A DNA stretch of 32,000 nt, taken from the NCBI RefSeq assembly GCF_016127575.1, contig NZ_CP066019.1:2730001-2762000 (forward strand). Direction: 5' to 3'. This document shows, piece by piece, positions 1 through 8,041 of this stretch. The translations under genes were made by a program, and so were the position numbers. The DNA is from Cupriavidus necator. Its GTDB lineage: Bacteria > Pseudomonadota > Gammaproteobacteria > Burkholderiales > Burkholderiaceae. Position 1 is the stretch's first letter. Every line of letters starts with the position of its first letter. The notes under the pieces were generated by a model. The model was not told the DNA's origin. It made no database searches and worked only from the letters and a program-made list of their open reading frames with translations.

Positions 1-1053
1 CAGGATCACCGGCTGGCCGACGACGGAGATCGTGCCCAGCCTGGGGTGCTCGATGGGCTGGCTCATGCGCAGATGTTCGACCTGCGGATCGGCGAAGGCC
101 TCGTTCATGCTGAGGATGGGGCCGCACGGCACCCCTTCGCGATTCATGCGGGCGATCCATTCCTCGGTGGTGCGGGTGCGCGTGCGCCCGGCGATCGCGG
201 CGTTCAGCGCCGGCCGATTGCGGGCACGCAACGGCACCGTCAGGAAGCGCTCGTCCGCGATGAGTTCAGGCACCTCAAGCACCTTGCACAGCCGCGCGAA
301 GATGTCGTTGCCCATGGCGGCAATATTCATGTAGCCATCCTGCGTCGGGAACACGCCGGTCGGGCTGCTGGTGGGATGATCGTTGCCGCTCTGGCCCGGC
401 ACCTCGCCATTCATCAGCCAGCGCATGGCCTGGAAGTCCATCATCCACAGCTGCGATTGCAGCAGGGAGGTCTGCACCCACTGGCCCTGGCCGGACACTT
501 CGCGTTCCAGCAGCGCCACCATCAGGCCGATCGCGCAGAACAGACCGGCGGTCAGGTCCGCAACGGGAATCCCCGCGCGCATCGGTCCGCGCCCGGGTTC
601 GCCCGTGACCGACATCATGCCGGAGATCCCTTGCGCGATCTGGTCCAGACCCGGGCGCTCGTGGTACGGACCATCCTGCCCGAACCCCGATACGCTGCCA
701 TAGACGATGCGCGGATTGACCTTGCGCAGCGACTCATAGTCGATGCCCAGCTTGAACTTCACGTTGGGCCGGTAGTTCTCCACCACCACATCGGCCTTGC
801 GCACCAGCTCCAGGAACAGCGCGCGCCCCTCCGGATGCTTGAGGTTGAGCGTAATGCTCTGCTTGTTGCGATGGGTGTTCTGGTAGTCGGCAAACTGCGC
901 CGAACCGCCCGGCTTGTCATCGGGCGCCTGGCCCGGCTCTTCGATCTTGATGACGGTCGCCCCCCAGTCGGCGAACTGGCGCACGGCGGCCGGACCGGAG
1001 CGCACGCGCGTGAGGTCGAGTACGGTGAATCGGGAAAGCGGACCATGCCCCAC
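1..1053 (-). CDS. Class III (CaiB/BaiF family) CoA-transferase; 3' end lies outside the window
   Basis: Absent from the ORF track because it has no stop inside the window. Reverse-strand translation starts at GTG 1053-1051, with GGAGAC at 1063-1058 and an in-frame TAG upstream at 1113-1111. It reads VGHGPLSRFTVLDLTRVRSGPAAVRQFADWGATVIKIEEPG...HRNKQSITLNLKHPEGRALFLELVRKADVVVENYRPNVKFKLGIDYESL...GFGQDGPYHERPGLDQIAQGISGMMSVTGEPG and stays open to base 1 (351 codons). Same family signature as the CDS at 11287-12444. Confidence 0.85.
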   Translation of the reverse strand, partial: MGHGPLSRFTVLDLTRVRSGPAAVRQFADWGATVIKIEEPGQAPDDKPGGSAQFADYQNTHRNKQSITLNLKHPEGRALFLELVRKADVVVENYRPNVKFKLGIDYESLRKVNPRIVYGSVSGFGQDGPYHERPGLDQIAQGISGMMSVTGEPGRGPMRAGIPVADLTAGLFCAIGLMVALLEREVSGQGQWVQTSLLQSQLWMMDFQAMRWLMNGEVPGQSGNDHPTSSPTGVFPTQDGYMNIAAMGNDIFARLCKVLEVPELIADERFLTVPLRARNRPALNAAIAGRTRTRTTEEWIARMNREGVPCGPILSMNEAFADPQVEHLRMSQPIEHPRLGTISVVGQPVIL

Positions 1054-1218
1054 AGTTGTCTCCAATTTTGTCTCTTTTCCAGGCCATCTACAGATGGGAT
1101 GTTGGACATCCTATATTCAGGATTCGCACGAATCAAGCCGGGGGTAAACCCCTGAGGACATTCCGGATTGGGCGAGAAGACTTCAGGGAAAGCGAATGTT
1201 GACAATCACGAATCCGTG

Positions 1219-1273
1219 ATCTACAACATCGTCTACACACTAAATCAATTTTGTAGACAATTTTGTAGTCAAT
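1219..1273. promoter_or_regulatory. Candidate operator array (CTACA/TGTAG repeats) in a divergent promoter region
   Basis: AT-rich island in the 308-bp gap between divergent starts 1053(-) and 1362(+). Copies: ATCTACAA 1219-1226, GTCTACA 1231-1237, TGTAGAC 1252-1258, TGTAGTC 1264-1270. GTCTACA-N14-TGTAGAC is a perfect 7-bp inverted repeat. CAATTTTGTAGA / CAATTTTGTAGT (1246-1257, 1258-1269) is a 12-bp tandem direct repeat. Confidence 0.4.
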
Positions 1274-1361
1274 AAAAAGCAGCTTTCCACCGGCGCACAC
1301 CAAAGAGCCCAACGGCCGCATGTCGCCTATCGTCAAGACACACATCTGCCAGGAGACTCAG

Positions 1362-2885
1362 ATGATGCAAACGACCGCAACCCCCGCCGACGCACCGCAG
1401 GTGCAGGCCGGGCATGCCGCACACGGCAACGCCCTGATCAAGCCGGGGTATGACGAACGCCTGACCAATGAGGACCTGGCGCCGCTGCGCAAGCAGACCT
1501 GGGGCACCTACAACATCTTTGCCTTCTGGATGTCGGACGTGCACAGCGTGGGCGGCTATATCACCGCCGGCAGCCTGTTCGCGCTGGGGCTGACCAGCTG
1601 GCAGGTGCTGGTGTCGCTGCTGGTCGGCATCCTGATCGTGCAGTACTTCTGCAACCTGGTGGCCAAGCCCAGCCAGGTGACCGGCACGCCTTATCCGGTG
1701 ATCTGCCGGGCCTCGTTCGGCGTGCTCGGCGCCAATATCCCGGCGGTGATCCGCGGGCTCATCGCAGTGGCGTGGTACGGCATCCAGACCTACCTGGCTT
1801 CCAGCGCCTTCCTGGTGCTGGCGCTGCACTTCTTCCCCGCGCTGGCGCCCTATGCCGACGTGAAGCTGCACGGCTTTGCCGGACTCTCCACGCTGGGCTG
1901 GGCCGCATTCATGGTGCTGTGGGTGTTGCAGGCGCTGGTGTTCTGGACCGGCATGGAGACCATCCGCAAGTTCATCGACTGGGCCGGCCCGGCGGTGTAC
2001 GTGGTTATGATCGCGCTGGCGATCTGGCTGGTGAACAAGGCCGGCTGGGAGAACGTCAATTTCACGCTGAGCTTCGTCAAGTACACCGGCTGGGAAGCGG
2101 TGCCGGTGATGCTGAGCGCGATCGCGCTGGTGGTGTCGTATTTCTCCGGCCCGATGCTGAACTTCGGCGACTTCTCGCGCTATGCCAAGGACTTCAAGTC
2201 GGTCAAGCGCGGCAACTTCTGGGGCCTGCCGGTCAACTTCCTGGGCTTCTCGCTGCTGACCGTGATCACGACCTCGGCCACGCTGCCGGTGTTCGGCAAG
2301 CTGATCACCGACCCGGTGGAGACCGTCAGCCATATCGACAGCACCTTCGCCATGCTGCTGGGCGCTTTCACCTTCATGACCGCGACCATCGGCATCAATA
2401 TCGTCGCCAACTTCGTTTCGCCGGCATTCGACTTCTCCAACGTCTCGCCCAAGCACATCAGCTGGCGCACCGGCGGCATGATCGCGGCCGTGGCTTCGAT
2501 CTTCATCACGCCGTGGAACCTGTACAACAATCCGGCGGTGATCCACTACACGCTGGACGTGCTGGGCGCCTTCATCGGCCCGCTGTTCGGCATCCTGATT
2601 GCGGACTACTACCTGGTGCGGCGCCAGCATGTCGACGTCGACGACCTGTACACGCTGAACCCGCGCGGCCGCTACTGGTACCGCAACGGCTTCAACCCGG
2701 CGGCGGTGGCCACCATGATCCCGGCGGCCATCATCCCGATCCTGTGCGTGGTGGTGCCGGCCTGGCAGTCCGCGGCCAACTACAGCTGGTTTATCGGCAT
2801 GGGCATTGCGCTGGTGCTGTACCGGCAACTGGCGCCGCGCATGATGCCCGGCCACTTCGGCAGCCGTGCCGCCAGCCAGGCCTGA
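1362..2885 (+). CDS. NCS1-family nucleobase/allantoin/hydantoin:cation symporter
   Basis: Track ORF 1320-2885; I prefer ATG 1362 (AGGAG at 1351-1355, 6-nt spacer). Many hydrophobic segments and an NCS1-type N-terminal region (NEDLAPLRKQTWGTYNIFAFWMSDVHSVGGY, GANIPAVIRGLIAVAWYGIQTY). Racemase and allantoinase genes follow closely on the same strand. Confidence 0.9.
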   Translation: MMQTTATPADAPQVQAGHAAHGNALIKPGYDERLTNEDLAPLRKQTWGTYNIFAFWMSDVHSVGGYITAGSLFALGLTSWQVLVSLLVGILIVQYFCNLVAKPSQVTGTPYPVICRASFGVLGANIPAVIRGLIAVAWYGIQTYLASSAFLVLALHFFPALAPYADVKLHGFAGLSTLGWAAFMVLWVLQALVFWTGMETIRKFIDWAGPAVYVVMIALAIWLVNKAGWENVNFTLSFVKYTGWEAVPVMLSAIALVVSYFSGPMLNFGDFSRYAKDFKSVKRGNFWGLPVNFLGFSLLTVITTSATLPVFGKLITDPVETVSHIDSTFAMLLGAFTFMTATIGINIVANFVSPAFDFSNVSPKHISWRTGGMIAAVASIFITPWNLYNNPAVIHYTLDVLGAFIGPLFGILIADYYLVRRQHVDVDDLYTLNPRGRYWYRNGFNPAAVATMIPAAIIPILCVVVPAWQSAANYSWFIGMGIALVLYRQLAPRMMPGHFGSRAASQA

Positions 2886-2943
2886 GCCCCGGAACCATTC
2901 TTTCGACTGCACGATTTCGACCGCACTTAGCAGAGCCGCGTCT

Positions 2944-3678
2944 ATGAAGCTGAAGATCATCAACCCCAATACCACCCAGAGCATGACCGACAAGATCGGG
3001 CAGTGCGCCGTCGCCGTGGCGGCACCGGGAACGCGCATCAGCGCGGTCAGCCCGCGCATGGGACCGGCTTCCATCGAAAGCCACTATGACGAAGCCCTGT
3101 CCGTGCCCGGCATCCTCGACGAGATCCTGGCCGGCGAGCAGGAGGGCGTGGACGGCTACGTGATCGCCTGCTTCGGCGACCCCGGCCTGTACGCCGCGCG
3201 CGAGGTGGCACGCGGGCCGGTGATCGGCATCGCCGAGGCCGCCATGCATATGGCCAGCGTGGTCGGCAGCAGCTTCAGCGTGGTGACCACGCTGGCGCGC
3301 ACCTGCAATATCGCCTGGCACCTGGCCGAGCGCTACGGCATGAAGCGCTTCTGCAACAACGTGCGCGCCTGCGACCTGCCCGTGCTGGAACTGGAGCGCC
3401 CGGGCTCGGACGCGCGCCGCATCATCACCGAGGCCTGCCGCCAGGCGCTGGTTGAAGACCGCAGCGAATGCATCGTGCTGGGGTGCGCCGGCATGACCGA
3501 CCTGTGCGACGAGATCGCCGACGCCATCGGCGCACCGGTGATCGACGGCGTGGTGTGCGCGGTCAAGATGGCCGAGGCGCTGGTCTCGGTGCGCCTGGGC
3601 ACCAGCAAGCGCGGCGACTGGGCGCGGCCGCTGCCCAAGGCGTATGCGGGCATGCTGGCCCCTTATGCGTTGAACTGA
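2944..3678 (+). CDS. Asp/Glu/hydantoin racemase family protein (allantoin racemase HpxA-like or hydantoin racemase)
   Basis: Track ORF 2866-3678, start moved to ATG 2944 (MKLKIINPNTT). Both catalytic-cysteine motifs of the family are visible: VIACFGDPGL and IVLGCAGMTD. It sits between the NCS1 permease and the PuuE-type allantoinase. Confidence 0.85.
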   Translation: MKLKIINPNTTQSMTDKIGQCAVAVAAPGTRISAVSPRMGPASIESHYDEALSVPGILDEILAGEQEGVDGYVIACFGDPGLYAAREVARGPVIGIAEAAMHMASVVGSSFSVVTTLARTCNIAWHLAERYGMKRFCNNVRACDLPVLELERPGSDARRIITEACRQALVEDRSECIVLGCAGMTDLCDEIADAIGAPVIDGVVCAVKMAEALVSVRLGTSKRGDWARPLPKAYAGMLAPYALN

Positions 3679-3683
3679 ACCGT

Positions 3684-4706
3684 ATGACTTCCCGATCCAA
3701 TTCCGACTCCACCACCATGCTCCAGTCCCGCTATCCACGCGATCTCATCGGTTACGGCGCCCGGCCGCCGCACGCCCGCTGGCCGGGCGGTGCGCGCGTT
3801 GCGCTGCAGTTCGTCCTCAACTACGAAGAAGGCGGCGAAAACTGCGTGCTGCACGGCGACGCCGCCTCCGAGCAGTTCCTCTCCGAGATCGTCGGCGCCG
3901 CGGCCTACCCCGACCGCCACATGAGCATGGAGGGCATCTACGAATACGGCTCGCGCGCCGGCGTCTGGCGCCTGCTGCGCGAGTTCGAGAAGCGCGGCCT
4001 GCCGCTGACCATCTTCGGCGTGTCGATGGCGCTGCAACGCCATCCTGAACTGACCCGCGCCTTTGTCGAACTGGGCCACGAGATCGCCTGCCACGGCTGG
4101 CGCTGGATCCACTACCAGGGCATCGACGAAGCCACCGAGCGCGAGCACATGCGCATCGGCATGCAGATCATCAAGGACCTGACCGGCGAACTGCCGCTGG
4201 GCTGGTACACCGGCCGCGACAGCCCCAACACGCGCCGCCTGGTGGTGGAGCACGGCGGCCTCCTGTACGACTCGGACTACTACGGCGACGACCTGCCCTT
4301 CTGGACCGAGGTGGAAGTCACCGGCGGCGAGAAGAAGCCGCACCTGGTGGTGCCGTACACGCTCGACTCCAACGACATGCGCTTTGCCACGCCGCAGGGC
4401 TTCAATACCGGCGAACAGTTCTTCCAGTACCTGAAGGATGCGTTCGACGTCTTGTATGAGGAAGGCGACCCGAGCGGCCAGGACAGCCCCAAGATGCTGT
4501 CGATCGGCATGCACTGCCGCCTGCTCGGCCGCCCGGGCCGCTTCCGCGCGCTGCAGCGCTTTCTCGACTATGTGCAGGGACACGACAAGGTGTGGATCTG
4601 CCGCCGTGTCGATATCGCCCGCCACTGGGCGCAGGTGCACCCGTTCCAAGCCGCGGGCGATGCCGCAGCCGTGGGCACGATGCCCGAGGAAGTTGCCCCG
4701 GCCTGA
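3684..4706 (+). CDS. puuE: PuuE-type (polysaccharide-deacetylase fold, metal-independent) allantoinase
   Basis: Track ORF 3468-4706; start moved to ATG 3684, 5 nt after the racemase stop. Strong PuuE-like strings: YPRDLIGYG, VALQFVLNYEEGGENCVLHGD, SEQFLSEI, YEYGSRAGVWRLLREFEKRGLPLTIFGVSMALQRHPE, GHEIACHGWRWIHY, LGWYTGRDSPNTRRLV. Confidence 0.85.
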   Translation: MTSRSNSDSTTMLQSRYPRDLIGYGARPPHARWPGGARVALQFVLNYEEGGENCVLHGDAASEQFLSEIVGAAAYPDRHMSMEGIYEYGSRAGVWRLLREFEKRGLPLTIFGVSMALQRHPELTRAFVELGHEIACHGWRWIHYQGIDEATEREHMRIGMQIIKDLTGELPLGWYTGRDSPNTRRLVVEHGGLLYDSDYYGDDLPFWTEVEVTGGEKKPHLVVPYTLDSNDMRFATPQGFNTGEQFFQYLKDAFDVLYEEGDPSGQDSPKMLSIGMHCRLLGRPGRFRALQRFLDYVQGHDKVWICRRVDIARHWAQVHPFQAAGDAAAVGTMPEEVAPA

Positions 4707-4796
4707 CAAATGCCGTCCGTGTCGCCATATTTGTGTACGATATAGCCGTCTTTCGTCGCCAGTTCCGGCGACAGGCTGAAATGTCCGTCCCCTGAT

Positions 4797-5615
4797 ATGG
4801 CAACCACATCGAAGAAGGCGGCGCCCGGCGCGGCAGCAAAAACGCCGCGCCGGCCCGCGTCCAAGGCAACCCTGAAAACGGCACCCAAGGCCGCCGCCAA
4901 TGCCGCACCGGAGGAAAGCGCCGGCCCGGAGGCCGCCGCCAGCGAAGCTTCCGCCACCGAGGCCATCTACCTCAGCCTGCTGACCGCGATCATGGAGCAT
5001 CGCCTGCTGGCCGGCACCAAGCTGGTCGAGGAACGGCTGTGCGAAGTGACCGGCGCCAGCCGGGCCCGCATCCGCCAGGTCTTCGCGCGCCTGGCGCATG
5101 AGAAGCTGGTCACGCTGGTGCCCAATCGCGGCGCCTTTGTCTCCAGCCCCACGGTGGACGAGGCGCGCGAGGTGTTCCAGGCGCGCCGCGTGGTCGAGCC
5201 CGCGCTGGCGGCCGAACTGGCCCAGCGTGCCACGCCGGCCAAAGTCCGCAGCCTGCGCCGCCATGCCATGGAAGAAGACAACGCGCGCGCGCGCGGCGAC
5301 CGCGCCGCGATGATCCGCCTGTCGGGGGAATTCCATATCCTGCTGGCGGAGATGGCCGGCAATGCCATCCTCGAAAAGCTGATCCGCGAGATGGTGTCAC
5401 TGACATGCCTGATCATCACGCTGTATGACCGCCCCGGCGCACCGGCCTGCGCCGAGCATGAGCACCGCCAGCTGACCGACGCCATCGAGCAGCGCGACGC
5501 CGCGCGCGCCAGCGCGTTGATGGCGGAACACCTGGAACACATCGAGGGTTCGCTCGACCTGAGCGTGCCCGACAGCGGCGCGCCGGACTTCTACAGCATC
5601 TTCAGCAAGGGTTGA
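4797..5615 (+). CDS. GntR-family (FadR/FCD subfamily) transcriptional regulator with a ~55-residue Lys/Ala/Pro-rich N-terminal extension
   Basis: ATG at 4797. The winged HTH (LVEERLCEVTGASRARIRQVFARLAHEKLVTLVPNRGAFV) is followed by an all-helical FCD-like domain (LSGEFHILLAEMAGNAILEKL, EHEHRQLTDAIEQRDAARASALMAEHLEHI). The N-terminus MATTSKKAAPGAAAKTPRRPASKATLKTAPKAAANAAPEE is low complexity. Confidence 0.85.
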   Translation: MATTSKKAAPGAAAKTPRRPASKATLKTAPKAAANAAPEESAGPEAAASEASATEAIYLSLLTAIMEHRLLAGTKLVEERLCEVTGASRARIRQVFARLAHEKLVTLVPNRGAFVSSPTVDEAREVFQARRVVEPALAAELAQRATPAKVRSLRRHAMEEDNARARGDRAAMIRLSGEFHILLAEMAGNAILEKLIREMVSLTCLIITLYDRPGAPACAEHEHRQLTDAIEQRDAARASALMAEHLEHIEGSLDLSVPDSGAPDFYSIFSKG

Positions 5616-5730
5616 AGCACGGTGCGGGGGCGCCAGCGGGCGCCTCATGGCCGGCATTGCACTCCGCGCCCGGCAACCTAGACTGGCTGCATAACAATGC
5701 CGCGCGCAATGCGCCGCAGGGAGGTGCGCC

Positions 5731-6150
5731 ATGGCTGTCGCTGCAGAACCCGTCACAACCGCCCGTCCACCGCTGGCCTTCGAACGGCTTTACGCGGATG
5801 CCGCCGGCGAATCCCACTTCGGCCCCATTTCCGTTGCCATCACCGAGCGCCTGTTCGCGCCGCCCGCGCGCGCCTTCTGGGTGTCGCCGCTGGACGAAGC
5901 CGCGCGGCAGGGCTTCCTGCTGGTGCCGGCCGGCTGGGTGGGCGCACTGCACCCGTCGCCGCTGCGCATGTGGATTTTCGTGCTGGCTGGTGCGATGGAG
6001 TTCGAAGCCAGCGATGGCGAGCGCCGGCCGCTGTCGGCGGGCAGTGCGCTATTGCTGGAAGACACCACGGGCAAGGGGCATGTCAGCAGGGTCGTCGGTA
6101 CTGCCGATGCCACGCTGGCCGTGGTGCAGTTGCCGGAGAACCGAAGCTGA
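5731..6150 (+). CDS. Small cupin-like protein of unknown function
   Basis: ATG 5731 preceded by AGGGAGG (5718-5724). 139 aa with a beta-rich cupin-like core (GFLLVPAGWVGALHPSPLRMWIFVLAGAMEFEASDGERRPLSAGSALLLEDTTGKGH). The assignment is by resemblance only; no full metal-binding motif is seen. Confidence 0.55.
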   Translation: MAVAAEPVTTARPPLAFERLYADAAGESHFGPISVAITERLFAPPARAFWVSPLDEAARQGFLLVPAGWVGALHPSPLRMWIFVLAGAMEFEASDGERRPLSAGSALLLEDTTGKGHVSRVVGTADATLAVVQLPENRS

Positions 6151-6202
6151 GCCCGCGGCGTGCCGGCAGGGCTGTGGCCACGCAACACGATCACGGAGCC
6201 CC

Positions 6203-6556
6203 ATGATGATTGCTCCCGAGCCAGCGGCTCCGCCCAAGCCCGCGCCGCAACTGGTGCCCAACGGCTACCGCCAGGGCATCATCACCGCGATCACGGTGCT
6301 GCTCGGCTTCTCGCTGGCGTTCTGGCGGTTCTGGGGCTTCGAGAGTCCCGGCCACTGGAACCTGCGCGCGCTGTTCGCCGCGGTCTCGCTACTGGCCGCG
6401 GTGTCGCTGCAGATCGTGGCGCTCTACCGCGCGCTGCGCATCGAGGACGATGCAGTGGATGAATACCGCAAGACCGTGCGATGGTTCATCGCGTCGGCGC
6501 TTGCGCTGCTGGTCGGGCTGGCCGTGGCCATGATAGACGCGGCACTCGGCCCCTAG
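6203..6556 (+). CDS. Small integral membrane protein, unknown function
   Basis: This is the last 117 codons of track ORF 5612-6556. ATG 6203 is preceded by ACGGAG. Three hydrophobic helices (IITAITVLLGFSLAFWRFWGF, LFAAVSLLAAVSLQIVALY, FIASALALLVGLAVAMIDAAL). 53 nt downstream of the cupin gene. Confidence 0.5.
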   Translation: MMIAPEPAAPPKPAPQLVPNGYRQGIITAITVLLGFSLAFWRFWGFESPGHWNLRALFAAVSLLAAVSLQIVALYRALRIEDDAVDEYRKTVRWFIASALALLVGLAVAMIDAALGP

Positions 6557-6568
6557 GCCGCCCGGCAG

Positions 6569-7084
6569 TCACGCTATCCGGCCCGGGAACGAACCTGCGC
6601 CTGCTCCTGGCTCGCGTCGCAGATAGCGCACCTGCAGCACCGCCCCCGCCAGGAATACCAGGAACAGCACGCCGACGATCCCCTTCAGTTCCGGCGCTTC
6701 CGCATTGGCAAAGACCGGATTGCCCACCGGCAGGCGCGTGCCGGTCTCGGTCAGGCCCGGGATGAAGTGGAAGAACACCGTCAGCGACAGCGACACCACC
6801 TCCACGTAGCGGCTCATGCGCCCGAATGCACCGCGTGCCGCGCAGACCGCGACCGCCAGCACCAGCAGCGTGACGATGCCCAGCACATGGGGCTTGCCGA
6901 ATCCGCCGTGCTGGAAGATGCCAAACCCGGTCAGGCAACTCAGCACGGTGCCGATGACATAGGCCAGTCCGAGCCGGGTATGCAGGCGCACCATGCCGGT
7001 GCTCGAGAGCGCCACCAGGCCGCAGGCCAGTCCCGCCAGACTGATCAGGGTATGGATGATGCCAAGCTGCGTGAGTCCGAGCAT
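6569..7084 (-). CDS. Integral membrane protein (about 5 TM), unknown function
   Basis: Track ORF 6569-7144; I prefer ATG 7084, preceded by GGAGG (rc of 7092-7096). Hydrophobic throughout (MLGLTQLGIIHTLISLAGLACGLVAL, GLAYVIGTVLSCLTGFGIF, VLGIVTLLVLAVAVCAA, VVSLSLTVFFHFIPGL, IVGVLFLVFLAGAVL). Confidence 0.6.
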   Translation of the reverse strand: MLGLTQLGIIHTLISLAGLACGLVALSSTGMVRLHTRLGLAYVIGTVLSCLTGFGIFQHGGFGKPHVLGIVTLLVLAVAVCAARGAFGRMSRYVEVVSLSLTVFFHFIPGLTETGTRLPVGNPVFANAEAPELKGIVGVLFLVFLAGAVLQVRYLRREPGAGAGSFPGRIA

Positions 7085-7255
7085 GATGGTGCCTCCAGCC
7101 GGGTGGGTGCCGCAATGGATCTGGACAGGCGTGGCGGCGCGCAAGACAAGGCGAGTTGCGTGGGGGCGGGCCGCAACAGCAAGCCTTCATGTAAGGCGAA
7201 GCTTGCGGGGATTGCAAGGATGGCGGCAGCCGCGGGGCACCCGCCTTTGCCGATG

Positions 7256-8041
7256 TCAGAGCATCGGGGCACCGGCCCTTGCAGACTGCGCCATGGCCTG
7301 GCGCGCCACCGCGACCTCGGCCCTGCCGCGCCGGTGCGATCCCTGCAGGCGGCGCAGCGCCGCAGCGGCACCCGCCTCGATCATCACGCACAGCACGAAG
7401 TAGAGCAGCGCAACCGCTGCGAACACTTCCGCCGCATAGCTCATGCTGCGGCCATTGACCTGCGTGGCCAGTGTCGACAGCTCACTGACGCCGACGATAT
7501 AAGCCAGCGACGTATCCTTGGTCAGCGCCACCCAGGTGTTGGCCAGGGACGGCAGCATGGCGCGCAGCGCCTGCGGCAGCACCACATGCCAGAGTGCCTG
7601 CGTGCGCGACATGCCCAGCGCCAGCGCCGCCTGGCGCTGGCCCGCGCCGATCGCGGCAATTCCCGCGTGCAGGCTCTGCGCGATAAACGCGGCGCCCACC
7701 AGTGCCAGCGCCAGCACCACGGTCAGCACTTCGCTGACCTGCACGCCGGCCAGCATCGGCAGCAAGAAGTAAGTCCAGAAGATCAGCATCAGCACCGGCA
7801 CCGCGCGCAGCAACGCCAGCACGGCGCGCAGCACGCGCGTGACGCTGGATGGCGCAAGCTCCAGCAGCAGCGCCAGCGCAATGCCCAGCACCGTGGCGCC
7901 GGCGCAGGCGAGCGCCGCTATCCACAGCGTCAGCGCCGCGCCGGCCAGCGGGCCCTCGGGGAAAGCGCCTTTGAGCAAGTAGGGCAGCTGGCCCCATACC
8001 AGCGCCAGGCCCGCCGGCAGGCTTGCCATCCCATCAGGCAT
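7256..8041 (-). CDS. Polar amino-acid ABC transporter permease (His/Glu/Gln/Arg/opine family)
   Basis: ATG 8041 overlaps the upstream permease stop by 8 nt (ATGCCTGA). It has a typical EAA-loop region (IAAIGAGQRQAALALGMSRTQALWHVVLPQALRAMLPSLANTWVALTKDTSLAYIVGVSEL). Confidence 0.85.
   Translation of the reverse strand: MPDGMASLPAGLALVWGQLPYLLKGAFPEGPLAGAALTLWIAALACAGATVLGIALALLLELAPSSVTRVLRAVLALLRAVPVLMLIFWTYFLLPMLAGVQVSEVLTVVLALALVGAAFIAQSLHAGIAAIGAGQRQAALALGMSRTQALWHVVLPQALRAMLPSLANTWVALTKDTSLAYIVGVSELSTLATQVNGRSMSYAAEVFAAVALLYFVLCVMIEAGAAAALRRLQGSHRRGRAEVAVARQAMAQSARAGAPML

Noticed and set aside
46-1155. 369-aa plus-strand ORF at the left edge
   Set aside because: It is the antisense shadow of the CoA-transferase gene (1-1053, minus), whose translation shows clear family motifs. 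The plus-strand product is Arg/Ala/Gly/His-rich with no recognisable domain.
1269-3074. 601-aa minus-strand ORF
   Set aside because: It is antisense to the NCS1 permease and racemase genes. The composition (R, H, D, G, A runs) is typical of stop-poor antisense frames in GC-rich DNA, and no motifs are present.
4755-4772. Hairpin GTCGCC-AGTTCC-GGCGAC after puuE as an intrinsic terminator
   Set aside because: It has only a 6-bp stem and no U-tract, and it lies 25 nt before the GntR start. It is too weak to call, and GC-rich 6-mers pair by chance in this DNA.
3663-5336. 557-aa minus-strand ORF
   Set aside because: It is antisense to the PuuE and GntR genes, both of which have strong signatures on the plus strand. 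The product is low complexity with no domain.
5612-6202. 5' two-thirds of the 314-aa plus-strand ORF 5612-6556
   Set aside because: This part overlaps the better-supported cupin gene in another frame and is Arg/Pro/Ala-rich. Only the last 117 codons (from ATG 6203, with an RBS and three TM helices) look like a real gene.
7085-7255. Possible remnant of the missing ABC ATPase gene
   Set aside because: I read all minus-strand frames from the track ORFs covering this gap (for example 7045-7371 and 6486-7391). I saw no Walker A (GxxGxGKS/T), Q-loop or LSGGQ-like strings, so no pseudogene call is supported.
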